From Octopus sinensis (lineage: Eukaryota), in assembly GCF_006345805.1 (NCBI RefSeq), contig NC_043001.1, positions 56,420,001-56,484,000 on the forward strand: a stretch of 64,000 nucleotides of DNA. The letters run 5' to 3'. A program made the translations under genes and the position numbers. Shown piece by piece: positions 11,999-28,029 of the stretch (position 1 is its first letter; every line of letters begins with the position of its first letter). Under the pieces are notes generated by a model. The model had not been told where the DNA came from. It did no database searches and saw nothing but the letters and a program-made list of their open reading frames with translations.

Positions 11999-13177
11999 GG
12001 AAATCCGTTGGAAAAAACAAAAACAGAACAGAGGCGGAGCAAAACAAATCGAACTAGGCTCCTAAGAGCCCATGGCGAAAGTTTATCAGTGTATGTTGAG
12101 ACCGGTGGCTGAAGAATTTAGCGGGTCAGGCATCGGTCAAACATGTGGGTGAGGGTGTGTAGATGTTCTTTGTGACCGAGAATAAAGTTCTGACTATTTA
12201 AGGAATATTGGATGTTTTATAAGGGGCGAGAAAAAATCTACTTAGAGACGTGTGTGTGTATAACTGTTCTATATATGTGTGTGCTGGCGTAGGGGTAGAA
12301 AACATTTTTTGCGAGTCTCCAACCATTACGCAACTTTTCGGGACATGAACAAGCGCCAGACCACGGGACTCAGTAGCTAATATGGCGACTGAAGGATACG
12401 AACTTAAGCTACAGGCTGGAATGGTCAATTTTGTCGTGGCCCTCCCATTTGATAGGGGCAGAAGGCAGTGCCCTTTGTGTCTCCGAACTCTTCCATATTT
12501 TGTTTGCCAGAGGCCGGATGGTAAACGGGCTTTTACAGTCGGCTTTTCGATGCCCCCATTGGCGGCGTTACACTTATCTGGCTTTTAAATAGCGTTTATA
12601 AATAATACCGGCACCCATAGCCCTTGGTAACAAATTCTGAAATAGCCTTTAAGATATCTACAATTAACCACTGCAAGGGGAATTACTCCTGTAAGATAAA
12701 CGGGGCTTGGTTTTTTCACAACGGGGGGTTTCCTTGACAAGGCAGGCTTAGATGAACACACACACACATAAAACATAATATATATATTTTTTTTTCTGCC
12801 ACCCAACGGTTCTCACTGTAGTAGCCACTGACAGCCGAACGATCAAACGCACACACGTACACAAAAAATGTTTTCTACCCCTACGCCAGCACACACATAT
12901 ATAGAACAGTATACACACACACGTCTCTAAGTAGATTTTTTCTCGCCCCTTATAAAACATCCAATATTCCTTAAATAGTCAGAACTTTATTCTCGGTCAC
13001 AAAGAACATCTACACACCCTCACCCACATGTTTGACCGATGCCTGACCCGCTAAATTCTTCAGCCACCGGTTCTCAACATACACTGATAAACATTTTCGC
13101 CATGGGCTCTTAGGAGCCTAGTTCGATTTGTTTTTGCTCCGCCTCTGTTCTGTTTTTGTTTTTTCCAACGGATTTCC

Positions 13178-13270
13178 TATTTCTTCCTGAAGAGAAAGAC
13201 ACAATATGGTCCCATTATTCAATCGGATTTTGGTAAATTGTGCCTTTCGAAACACGTGTAGAATGAAATA
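13178..13270 (+). ncRNA. type I hammerhead ribozyme, right arm
   Basis: TATTTCTTC-CTGAAGA-GAAAGACACAAT...ATTGTGCCTTTC-GAAA-C-ACGT-GTA-GAATGAAATA: stem I 9 bp with one bulge, stem II 12 bp with one mismatch, palindromic ACACGTGT stem III, GUA cleavage triplet at 13258-13260. Confidence 0.8.
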
Positions 13271-13475
13271 AAACGATTTCTGTTCAATCTGCGTTCAGCT
13301 CCATTTCTTCAATTCACCAATAATATTTTAATTTCAATTATCCGCACCAACGCACGGTTGCAACACCATATGGTTGTACCTCCAACCGTGCTGTTTACTG
13401 CTGTGATTTTTGCTACCAAGGTATCGGTTAACTTTTGATTAATCTACTACAAGATTATTCATCTTTCTATTTCAC

Positions 13476-13524
<49 letters not shown>

Positions 13525-13845
13525 ATATATATATTCCCTGATATCGTATTGCTGGGGGATGTAGGTATCTTGAACTCTTCCACCACTGATGACATAGGCA
13601 TTTAGTGTTTCACAATGTTCAATTGAATCTTTATAAAGCCCACTGAAAGACCAATGTACTTTTGCAGCACGTATGTCACTTCTCGACTTCCATGTCAATA
13701 GACCTTCTTGCACATTGGTAATAGAATATCTTCCTTCTGTAACTCTATTTGTCAAAGGAAGTTGATCCCCGTTTCAATTGTGTTCATTATCAATGTTTCT
13801 CTTGGCATCATTTAAGGGTACCATATTGATGTTGCCAAGTCTCAC

Positions 13846-13930
<85 letters not shown>
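13846..13930 (+). repeat. (ATCT)n microsatellite, upstream boundary of the LINE cluster
   Basis: About 21 perfect units, directly followed by RT-coding sequence. Confidence 0.95.
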
Positions 13931-17200
<3,270 letters not shown>

Positions 17201-18018
17201 TACACGGGGCCGACCTGCCCGAGATGCGGGCAGAGCGACGAAACCGCTTTGTACGCAATCGTGCAGTGTCCAGCAATTTCCGACCTGTGGGCTTATGTCG
17301 AACGACTGCTGTCACGTGTGGGACGTGTCGGTTTATCAGCCGAGTCTATCGTTAATATCGTCACGCCTCCTTCCTTCAAACGGGAAGGAAGAGCTATTTT
17401 TATCATACTTGTGGCTATGGCGAAAGAATGTATCTGGTGGACGCGCCTGAAAGGATTAGAGACAAACACTTTCCTCTCTGGTCAATCTCTCATCAACTTC
17501 TTCAAGTATCACTTGAAGAGGAAAGTGAGAATAGAGAGGCAAGTTTTGTCTAGTGAATGTTTTAAAAAAAGATGGGTGAATGTAGCAAGGATGGCACGTA
17601 TGAATGACGAAGCCACCTTGACTATGATTCTATGAACCGTAAAAATTAATACAGAGAGTTGCTTATTTGCAAAAAAAAAGAGATATAACATGTGACTTCA
17701 TTGACCGAGGTTACCGTGGTCTCTTCCGTAGGCTTTTCTTTCCACGGATAAACCTCACCTGTCCTCCCCTTTACACTTCATATTGACATTTCTGTGATTA
17801 CGAACACTATTGATCAACTTTTTTTTCCTCTCCCCTCTTCTTTTTTTTCCCTCTCCCCCCTTTTTTAAAAATCCATCCCTTTTTTTGTCCTCTTTCTTTC
17901 CTTTTACGATCCCTTTTGATCGAAAACCAACCCCCCTTTGTTTTACCCCCAAAAGAAAAGCTCTACCTCGTAATTTGTTCTGTCTGCGTGCAGCCCTGTG
18001 TGGCTAACAAAGAAACAT
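17201..18018 (+). mobile_element. short 5'-truncated Tx1/L1-clade LINE (ORF2 C-terminus plus 3' UTR)
   Basis: [23 protein letters not shown]...LTMIL* followed by a 3' UTR ending cagccctgtgtggctaacaaagaaacat; flanked by (TCTA)n on both sides. Confidence 0.9.
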
Positions 18019-18023
18019 ATCTA

Positions 18024-18091
<68 letters not shown>
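18019..18091 (+). repeat. (ATCT)n tract between LINE copies
   Basis: Direct reading. Confidence 0.95.
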
Positions 18092-18204
18092 GGACGTGCT
18101 GTCACTTCGGCTCCGAAGGTAATCGTTTATTTTGACTATTTATAGCCCATATTTTGTGTATATTTTTGTAAATAAGGTGTGTAAGGCACCCAACATTCGT
18201 TTGA

Positions 18205-20451
18205 GTGCTTTTCCAAGGGAGGAATTCGCCCCAAGGGGCAGTTTCAACCCTATTTAATTTGTGTAATTTTCTTCTCGACATTTTGAAAATGTCGAGAAAT
18301 TTTATTGTAGAACGCTGGTCGCGTTCCTTTATCGACCAACATTTTCCTAGTCTGGAAACGCTAGGAGAAGAAAAAAAGAACTCATGCACGCAAAATGCAA
18401 ACCTGAATGACGTGGCAGTGAACGCTGCAACCACTTGCGATAACAGCACTGTCACCACCACCACTAACAACAACAACAACGAGACTACTACTGCTACCAC
18501 CACCGCCTCCACCACCACCACCACCACCGCCACCTCATCCACTACCTCAACAACAATACCAATGACAACAAGAATAACAACAATTGCGCCACCATTTCGA
18601 CATCTGCTGCCACGGCTGTCTCTTCTGCCACTGACACCACCGCCAACACCAACAACAAAAACAACAATAACAACAAGAACAATTCCGTTCAGACCTTGTT
18701 TACTCCAACACCAAGAACTGAAGGGAATAAACAAAAGACTGTGACCACCAAACAAATTGACAAAAGCTGCTCGAACACAGGAACACACTATGCAAGTAAT
18801 TTTCCACCCCTTCCTACTTGCACAATCAAACCAAATACACCGATTTTATCAACTGCAGCCAACAACAACATCACCACCAGCAACAACAATAACAAAACAA
18901 CAACAAATTTCGCCAAGGCGATAAAAGAAAAAAAGACAACAGTATATTTTACTGCACAGCAGATAAAAGATACGAATATTTTAATAACAGAAGTAGATGG
19001 TATAGTAAAAATAAACATACCACAAGAAATATTAGAAAAGGAAAAAAAAAAAAAGAACTATATATATAAAATAATTAATAAGAAAACAAAAAGTCCAGAG
19101 AAGGCTAACACAAGCAAAATCGAAAAATGCTTGTGAAACCCATCTGGAGCTACAAAGAGTATGTGACCTGGTGAAACAAGTTCGCACACATACAAGTGGT
19201 CTTCCACACTGAAGAGTTAGCAAGACGTTTCTCAACGCTAACTCTTCATTCAGATGAACTGCAACTAACACCAAGCTATCGTGGACAGAAAGTGATTAAG
19301 ATCACTTTAAACAATGTCCCAAAAATAGCAAACAATCTATGGCTAGTAAAGGCTTTATGTGTGAAAATGGAAGATTTCACAATTTTAGAAACTACGGTCA
19401 CGGAACACAAAAACTAGGTGGGAAAAAAAGTAGAATTTCTACTACATATAAACCAAGAGGACATAGAGAAAATACCCACCCAGATATGTGTATCAGAAGA
19501 CCACAAGTTGTATGTGGTCGTCGATGGCAGAAGACCACGTTGCTACATATGCGGCAGTGAGCAACACCTAAAGAAGATTGCAAATATGCCGCAAGAAAAC
19601 AACAGCAACAACAACAGCAGCCGGAAAAAGCAAAAAAACCAGCTTTACTAGCCACACCACAAATTGTACAAACAGGACTAATCACAGAAAATCAAAAAAA
19701 AAACAAACCTCACCAACCAAACAACCACACCAACTGCACCAAGAACAGAAGCAACACCAACAACAACAATAACCAAGAATAAACCAACTCCCAAACCACA
19801 AAATTGACACCCCAAACAACACAACAATACCTACAATCACTCAAACACAAAATACCCACACCCCACCTCCAAAACCGCATACACCACAACCTAACGCTCA
19901 CCAACCAACACCAACAACAAAATCAACACAGTCTACAATAGACCCCAATATTTTCCCTCTCCCAAGCTCTGATTCCTCTGATTTGTCATTAGACGAAGAA
20001 GACACAGAAGACTGGCAAATAGCCACAGGGGGGGAGGGGGAGAAAAAGGGAAAAAAAGAAAAGGAAAAAGATAACAAACTAAGCAGGAAGATTCACCACT
20101 CCCGAAACAAAGACATCTACAGAAAACAAACACATCAACACAAACACACCATCATCAAACCCCCCAACAATGTTGACAGCCATAAACACAAACAACCACG
20201 ACCTAATGGAACACATTAGGTCAAACACCAACATAACTGAAAACGACATAAAAACAAATAACCACCCACGCACAACACCACCACAACACATTAAAATAAT
20301 ACACGTAACACAGAACACATACAGCACCCTGAAATCTCTTTACCCTGATGCAGTAGGGAGATTTCAAAAATATTCATCAAAGAAACTATACAAAAACCTC
20401 ATGGAAGAAGACTGTGAGGTGAAAAACAAAGGACTTTCGAACAACAAGTAA
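18205..20451 (+). pseudogene. LINE ORF1 (gag-like), multiply frameshifted
   Basis: Successive ORF pieces on the plus strand, Thr/Asn/Pro-rich. LYVVVDGRRPRCYICGSEQHLKK is a CX2CX4HX4C knuckle whose last Cys is restored by adding one base at aagaagattgc. Start and end are inferred. Confidence 0.65.
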
Positions 20452-20520
20452 CCTTTTCTCTCTCTCTTTCCTTTTTTGCACTTTCTTTTCGTGTGTAAAA
20501 CACAATTTTTTTATCGGAAC

Positions 20521-23500
20521 ATGCTCAGAATAGGCAGTATAAATGTACGTGGCTTGGGGTCGCCTTGTAAACAAGGCTACCTGTTAAATGACATCAAGTC
20601 ACTAAATCTGAATATCATAGCCATCAGTGAGACCAGACTCCACAGCTCGCGGGCACTCCAGCACAGTTTCGGTACACACTTCAACATTTATTTTTCTCCG
20701 TGTCTACCGAGAATGGGCGGAGGTGGCACCGCGGTGCTTCTCCGGAAGAGCCTGGATCTCAAAGTAAGAGCAATTTTCCTAGACCCGGAGGGTAGGCTGA
20801 TCGTTTTGGATGTCGATGGCAGCAATGAGTGTGCTTTTCGACTGATAGCAGTTTATGCTCCGTCCTTAACAGGCCGACCAGATTTCTTTCGACGTCTAGA
20901 GTCTTTCATGGGAACGTCTCGTCCTTTACTTTTAGTGGGGGATTGGAATGCCACCCTGGACACGCATCTAGACTACGTGGGCAGAGATAGCAATAGAAGG
21001 GGATGCAAATGCCTCAAAGACCTGCTCAGACGTTTCCAACTGTCTGACAGGTACCGACTGGACCACCCGAATGTGCCAATGTGGACATGGAGTAACCGCA
21101 TCGGGTCGTCCAGATCATACTTACATAGAGTATTCTGTAGGACAATAGATAAAAATAGTGTAGGCTGTCCACAATTTCATATAGTCAGTTACACAGATCA
21201 CAAGTTTGTGACTTGTACACTTGACTTAAATAAGACACATAGGCAGGGTCCTGGTTACTGGAAACTGAACGCGTCTTTTACAGCACGACAGGTTTACAGG
21301 GACCGGATCAGCACATTAGTTAAGAGAGCTTTGACGGGTACCATCATCAACAACAGATGGTGGTATGCCCTAAAAAAAGCAATTAAAGCAGAATCAGTCA
21401 GATACAGTAAAGCCCTAGCATTAGACCGAAATAGAATAGAGGGAGAATTAGTTAAGGTTTTAGGAGAGGCACTTAGAACTGGGATCGCGTCCAACGTGCT
21501 GGCGGCGAGATTGGCCCTCGACCAACACCTCAACGCCAAACACGAGGGATGTGTTGTCAGAGCTAAGATGCGTGCTCTGAGGAACGAAGGAGCTGGAGCC
21601 GCCCAAGAGGCCCGAGTGGTGGAGACGCAACGAGGCAACAGAGCCACCATCAAGTCTCTTATAGATGAACAGGGGCGCGAATTGCTCGAGCCTAAAAGGA
21701 TGTGTGGGGCTTTTCAACAACACTTCACCCAACTGTTTGGGACAAGTGGTGGGTCAGAACGCAGAGTGGACTTTAGTGCCTACCTGCATGCCTTGTCACG
21801 ACTCTCAGCAAGAGAGGTGGAGTCTTGTGAAAGGCCTATCACAGCTGCGGACGTACAGGATGCGATGGGGGGCTGCGCGAGAGACAAGTCACCAGGCTTG
21901 GATGGTCTGCCCTACGAACTTTATTGTCATATGCCAGACTTGTTTGGAGGCGTCTTGGCAGCTGTCTACTGCAACTGGCAGCAAAACGGGAGTATTCCTG
22001 CTTTTGTAAAGCGAGGAGCAGTGGCAGTGATTAAGAAAGACCCAAACAAGAGAGACGTCATAGATAATTTCAGGCCCATCACTCTGCTCAACGCAGATTT
22101 GAAAATTTTGGCCAAGATGTTAGCCGAGAGGTTGGCGCTTGTCATCAAGAAACTAATTGACAAGGCGCAAACATGCGCCGTGCCGGGTAGAAGTATTCAT
22201 GACAACCTCCATCTGATGCGCTACATCATAGACAGGGTAGTTAAGAATCCTGGCATGGGTGGGGCGCTGATCAACTTGGATCAATCAAAAGCTTTCGATA
22301 GGGTAGACCATCACTACTTGGAGGCTGTCCTTAAAGCGGCTGGTTTCGGTCCAGTTTTCCGCGGTTGGATCGCTGCCTTATACAGCGGCATCCGCTCAGT
22401 AGTTCGCGTAAATGGTGATCTATCCAGACCTTTTAACATCATGCGTTCGGTTCGTCAGGGATGCCCCCTCTCATCGCTGCTGTATGTATTGACTCTTGAG
22501 TCACTACTGCGGAAACTGGCGACGCTGAGGGGCATCCCACGAGAGCTAGGATGCGGGAGGAGCCTGTCTGCATACGCGGATGACGTCACCGTCATAGTGT
22601 CGGGCTACCAGCACATCGAGCTGGTCGGCGAGACACTAAAAGAACACAAGGCGGTAACGGGAGCAAAAATTAACCGGGAAAAGTCAGTGGGCTTGCGGCT
22701 CGGCACCTGGAGAAGCAGGCCCATGCCGTCCAACAGCGTCTCCATTGTGGGACGCTGGACGGACGGACCGGTTAAATTGCTCGGGGTCTGGTTCGGTCCG
22801 GACCTCCAAATGGAGAAGAATTGGGGCGAGATAACGACTAGGGTGGCTACTCTCACCCAGAAATGGGCTGAGAGAAAGCTATCCCTAAAAGGTCGGGCGG
22901 AGGTGGCGAACGCGTACATCGCATCCGTCATCGAGTATCGTCTGACCGTCGTGCTTTGTCCCGACCCTACCATCACCAAACTGGAACGTATACTCTTCCG
23001 CTTCTTGTGGAAGGGAAACGTTCCGATGGTTAGGCAATCCATTTGCTGTCAACACCCGCTAAATGGAGGGCTGGGCATGCCGTGGTTGATGAAGCGCTGA
23101 GACTGCGACATCTCCGGCGCTTCATAGACAACGGTGAACAAGTGTGGTCGCCTTTTGTGCGGCGCGCTTTCCCGCAGCTCGTCTCCTTGGACGAACTACA
23201 GTCATGGATCAAGCAGAAACCGAGGCTAGGCGAATGGCACCGCGAGTGTCGCGTTGCTCTCAAGCAACTCTGCCGTCCGGGATCGAACTTGTGCGACTCC
23301 ATCACAACAAAGCATTCTATAGAGGATTAGTGGAGGGGAGGTGCGACGACGAACTCGGGCAGAGTCTGGGCGTTGACGAGGAACACCTGACCCGCCTGTT
23401 CAGGACAACTTTCGGGCCGGGACCTATGAACAATCACCAAAGATCCCTGGCCTGGCAGTGCTATCGAGATGCATTACCTGTTCGGGATAAGCTCTACAGA

Positions 23501-23948
23501 CACGGTTCCAGACACACTGGACCAACTTGCCCGAGATGCGGTCAGAGCGACGAAACCGTTCTGCACGCACTCGTGCAATGTCCAACCATTTCAGACCTGT
23601 AGGCTTATGCCGAACGGCTGCTGTCACGGGTGGGACGAATCCGCCTATCGGTCGAGTCTATCGTTGGAATTGCTCCGCCCCCTTCCCTCAACCTGGAAGG
23701 CAAGGCAGTTTTCATCGTACTGGTGGCCATGGTGAAAGAATGTGTGTGGTGGACCCGAGCGAAAGGATTAGAGACAAACACTTACCTCTCTGGCCAATCG
23801 CTCATCAACTTTTTCAAGTAACACTTGAAAAGGAAGGTGAGAATGGAGAGGGAAGTTTTGTCTCGCGAAAGATTCAAAAAAAGATGGGTGAATGTTGCAA
23901 AGATGGTGCGTGCGAGTGACGAAACCATTTTGAGCATGATCCTGTAGA
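20521..23948 (+). pseudogene. LINE ORF2: APE endonuclease, reverse transcriptase, C-terminal zinc motif
   Basis: MLRIGSINVRGL, IAISET, VGDWNA, YTDHK (APE); SPGLDG, RPITLLNADLKILAK, LDQSKAFDRV, RQGCPLS, YADD (RT); [18 protein letters not shown]. Open from 20521 to 23100, then frameshifted by a deletion relative to the other copies. Confidence 0.95.
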
Positions 23949-24238
23949 TCGTAAAAAAGAAAGAGAGAGAGCATTTTGCTCATGTGGTTATTTCCTCCCT
24001 GACTGAGGTTCCCGTGGTCTTTTCTGTAGGCTTTTCTTCCCACGGATGAACCCAATCTTGTTTTATCAATGTTTTTATCATTGTTTCTGTGATACACGAT
24101 TTCTTTTCTTTTTTTTCCTCCTCTCGATCCCTTTTGATCGCAATCTTACATTTATTTTTTTTCCACTCTCGAAAAGAAAAGCTCTACATTTGTATTTGTC
24201 CCCTCTGTATTCAGCCCTGTGTGGCTAATAAAAGAAAG

Positions 24239-24240
<2 letters not shown>

Positions 24241-24331
<91 letters not shown>

Positions 24332-24383
24332 CATCCATCCCTCCCTCCGTCCATCCATCCGTCTGTCTGTTTATCTGTCTATC

Positions 24384-24470
<87 letters not shown>

Positions 24471-24502
24471 TTATTTATCTATCTATCTGTCTATATATCT
24501 AC

Positions 24503-24558
<56 letters not shown>
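24241..24558 (+). repeat. compound (ATCT)n/(CCAT)n/(GTCT)n/(CT)n microsatellite, downstream boundary of the LINE cluster
   Basis: Direct reading. Confidence 0.95.
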
Positions 24559-24575
24559 GCATATATATATATTAT

Positions 24576-24624
<49 letters not shown>

Positions 24625-26885
24625 GTTTTATGTGCGCGTATGTGTATTCCATACATATCAAGGTTTTCAGAAATTTTGCAACGAAAAGATGATATAAAAC
24701 TTTTTTGATATCTTAAAGCTAATAATGAAGACTGCAAACTAATTATAAGAGGAAATAGTTCTGCTGTGAAGAAAGAAATTAAGACTGAACATATATTATT
24801 ATGGGGGAAGGAAACTGTTACGATGAATCCTATTCTGAATTAGTATTCACTCTGCCTACACCTATATGGATATGGATCTGAATGTAGGGTATCGTTTTTT
24901 ATCTTTCTATATCAATATATAAAATTGTTTATAAAAGTGTATTTACTTTGAAATAAAATTGATTTTGTAAATAAAATATCTTAAATATGAATATTAAAAT
25001 TCTATTTTTGGATGTTTGTTTCATCTTTATAGATGCCAAAATCAAAAACTAAACGCTGTTTTTACGAATAATATAAATGTTGAATACGTTTTATTTCACT
25101 TTTATCTCTATATCACTCACACGTAGAGTGTACTTTAAAATATGTTTCTCACGAAGAAAAAATATATATGTATGTATATCTGTATATATCTATAAATATG
25201 TATGCAAATATCGTGTTGAAATGTCTTATTTTATTGAAATTAAATCGGTATCAATTGAAAATATATTCATCTAAGTGTTACCTTGAATAACTATGAAAAT
25301 CCAGCATCTCTCTATCATTTATAACAGGAGTACCACAATTCACAAATAACATTAATAACTTTATTATCTATTTCAGGTTGCGCTTGAGCGACTCTGGTAG
25401 TATATGACTCAGTATGAGCTGTTGGACATATAGTATGGTAAAAATGACATCTGTCCAAGGATGAAAGAACAGAGAAAGGGGTGACTTTTCAGTATTGTCT
25501 ATGAGCTAAGTATGTATGTTTAATATCCATTAGAAAGGTGGTTTATTCACTGGATTGTGTGAAAGAAGCCCCACCATGAGTAGTTAAATTTCAGCGAGTA
25601 ATAGGTCAGTATTCAGCAACGTCATTGTGGAAAGTGTAACGGTAATATACATTGGTTACATTTGTCATCCCACTGCATTTCTGGTATATCACTAGTAGTC
25701 TCAACCGTTTCGGAAGAGGTATAGGGAGTAGACAGGGACGAAAGAGAGAAGCTGGTTGTCCGTCTCAGCTTGACCTCACTATGATCCAAATTCAGCACTA
25801 CTTCTGTAGGGTTTTCGCACGGAAAATGTCGTGTTGGTGGAGCAACCATAAATCTCCTTGACAACTGTATCCTTCAACATTGTCATCTTCGGAAACGAAG
25901 GAAAATTATCAACTCTGTCAAAATGTTTGTTCGTTCCAATCTTTTAATTCATTCATATGCGATCCAAAATAGGCTGAAATAGATATCGGCATGATATTGT
26001 TGCAAGATTTTCAATCAGCTATTTATTAAATTGAAATTATTGTTGAAAGAATCCATCTCCGGATAATTCAATTGTTTCACAACTTGGCCTATACTCACTT
26101 ACTGCTTCGGTTGCTTGTAAATATCTGTAAAACTGATATTTTCTAGGATAAAGAATCCGATCCTACCCTTATGAGATTCTGGGGAGCATAAGGTTCATGT
26201 GGACTTTTAAGTAGACATTCGCCTTGCATGAAAGATATTAAAAGCAAGTATCCTTTCTGTATGAGACGCAAGCCGGTTACGATTGATATCCACTGTACAT
26301 AAAGTGGAAAACGGGTGAAAGGGGCATTCACGGCCATAATCAAAGAAACTCCACTATTGAAATAGGCATCCAGTAGATAATCTCATAATCGCCATTGCAT
26401 TCAAAGAATTTTAAAGCACACAGCGACGTTGAATTTTACATTTCAGTTAAATCTATTTAATATATTGGCAAATACCTGGCCAAAAGGGAATGATGAAGCC
26501 GATTATTCAACCCAAGATCAAACTAAAACTACCATGATGATATTACGATTCACTAGACAGGCATATGCATCAACATTTGTATAAGTGTATGGAGAATTCT
26601 GAAACTGTCGTCTATGAATGCTAGTCGAGTGTGAAGAGTCTCTTTTACCAAAGAAACTGCAGAGTGATCGCATTCAACAGAAGAGTCTCTTTTACCAAAG
26701 AAACTGCAGAGTGATCGCATTCAACAGAGTAGCTGAAAGCACTAAGATGCCGCTGGATAGAGTGTCGCAACATGTGGGACTTACTAGGACGGAGAGGGAA
26801 AGTAAGTCTCAGTACTTTTGCTTTCTGTGTATGCGGAGGTGAGTGTGAAAGCTGTTTGTTTCTGTATTGCTGCTTGTGTGTGTGT

Positions 26886-27007
<122 letters not shown>

Positions 27008-28029
27008 AGAGCTTTGGAGCCAGGCATCTAGATGATTTATGTAATATGGGGAATAGTTGTGCAACAGTCTAGAGTATGGTTGTGATGTCACCTGTATTTG
27101 TTCTGAGAATGTTAAGTACATATAGATTAAAGAGCGTGGATAAGAGAACGGATTCCTAGTATTCCATTCAGCAAACATAAAGTTCTAGAACTATTATTGT
27201 CCAGTATTTAAACTTATTAGTTCGACAAGTAATTTGCTAGTTAGCGTTCTGTGTTGTCTTTTAAAGTGTTGAGGGGTAATCCTTATATAAATGCATAACT
27301 AAGTATAGATTTGAAAGCTTTGTTTATATCGATGATTGGTAGAGATCTTCTTTTGAAGCTGCGTACATTTTCTGTACTAGGTTCACAAGAAACGTGGTCT
27401 TTGTAGTGAAATGTTGTTACTTGAAGAGGAAATAAGTAGGGATTAGTGAGATTACTGATATCAAAGATTAGCATTTTTAGAAATATTGACAATATGTTTA
27501 GAGACTGATTCATCCGTATGACTTATTTCATTTACCCTTTTATTTGTCATTTGAATTATTACGATTTTGCACAACATCAGATTTTAGGATTTTGATTGTA
27601 ATTGTAATTGTAGATGTTTTCAGTACTTTGGTGTTTTGGGTGTAATTTCGTGGTGCTGTCTGTTCCTGCGGTTTTTGAGACTTTATATCTCTCTTTACTT
27701 TTCATTTTGTGTGTAAGGAAAGGAAAGATGTCAAAATCACGGGAAAAGTGTCTATTTGTTTTTTTTTCTTGTCTTTTTTGTGGGGTAAAAAGTGGTTAAG
27801 TTTTCAAAAACTATTTCTATATGGTCATTGGATTAATCTGGAAGATACTATCTTAACCAAAAGCGTATGCAGGTCTTTCGAGACCAGTAAGAGCGATGTA
27901 GTTAATATCACCTTTGGACAATTTAAGTTGGATGACAATTTTGAATTTACTAATTTTTAAAAAATTTAGTACCCAGAATGACAACCTGTGGTAGTAAGAA
28001 GAAATGTTAGCAGTATACACTAGAGTATT

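Larger units (their letters stand above)
11846..13330. mobile_element. fold-back element with ~466 bp inverted arms, probably a Penelope-like inverted-pLTR derivative
   Basis: 11846-12311 is the reverse complement of 12862-13330 with only a handful of differences by eye. The spacer is ~550 bp. Each arm contains a hammerhead followed by AATAAA, pointing outward. Confidence 0.8.
18092..24240 (+). mobile_element. near full-length Tx1/L1-clade non-LTR retrotransposon (~6.15 kb)
   Basis: Short 5' UTR, broken ORF1 with zinc knuckle, APE-RT ORF2, T-rich 3' UTR ending cagccctgtgtggctaataaaagaaagtt; no poly(A); (TCTA)n on both flanks. Confidence 0.92.

Noticed and set aside
11846-13330. Calling the fold-back element a Tc1/mariner MITE because of TA ends
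   Set aside because: The left TA is part of a (TA)n tract, the arms do not match any TIR here, and each arm contains a hammerhead plus AATAAA, which favours a retroelement origin. Not fully excluded.
18092-18200. Self-cleaving ribozyme at the LINE 5' end (cttcgg-ct-ccgaag hairpin)
   Set aside because: Only a single hairpin; no HDV-like pseudoknot or hammerhead core could be assembled.
25600-26400. Non-repetitive region with several short ORFs
   Set aside because: All frames are interrupted by stops and no domain is recognised.
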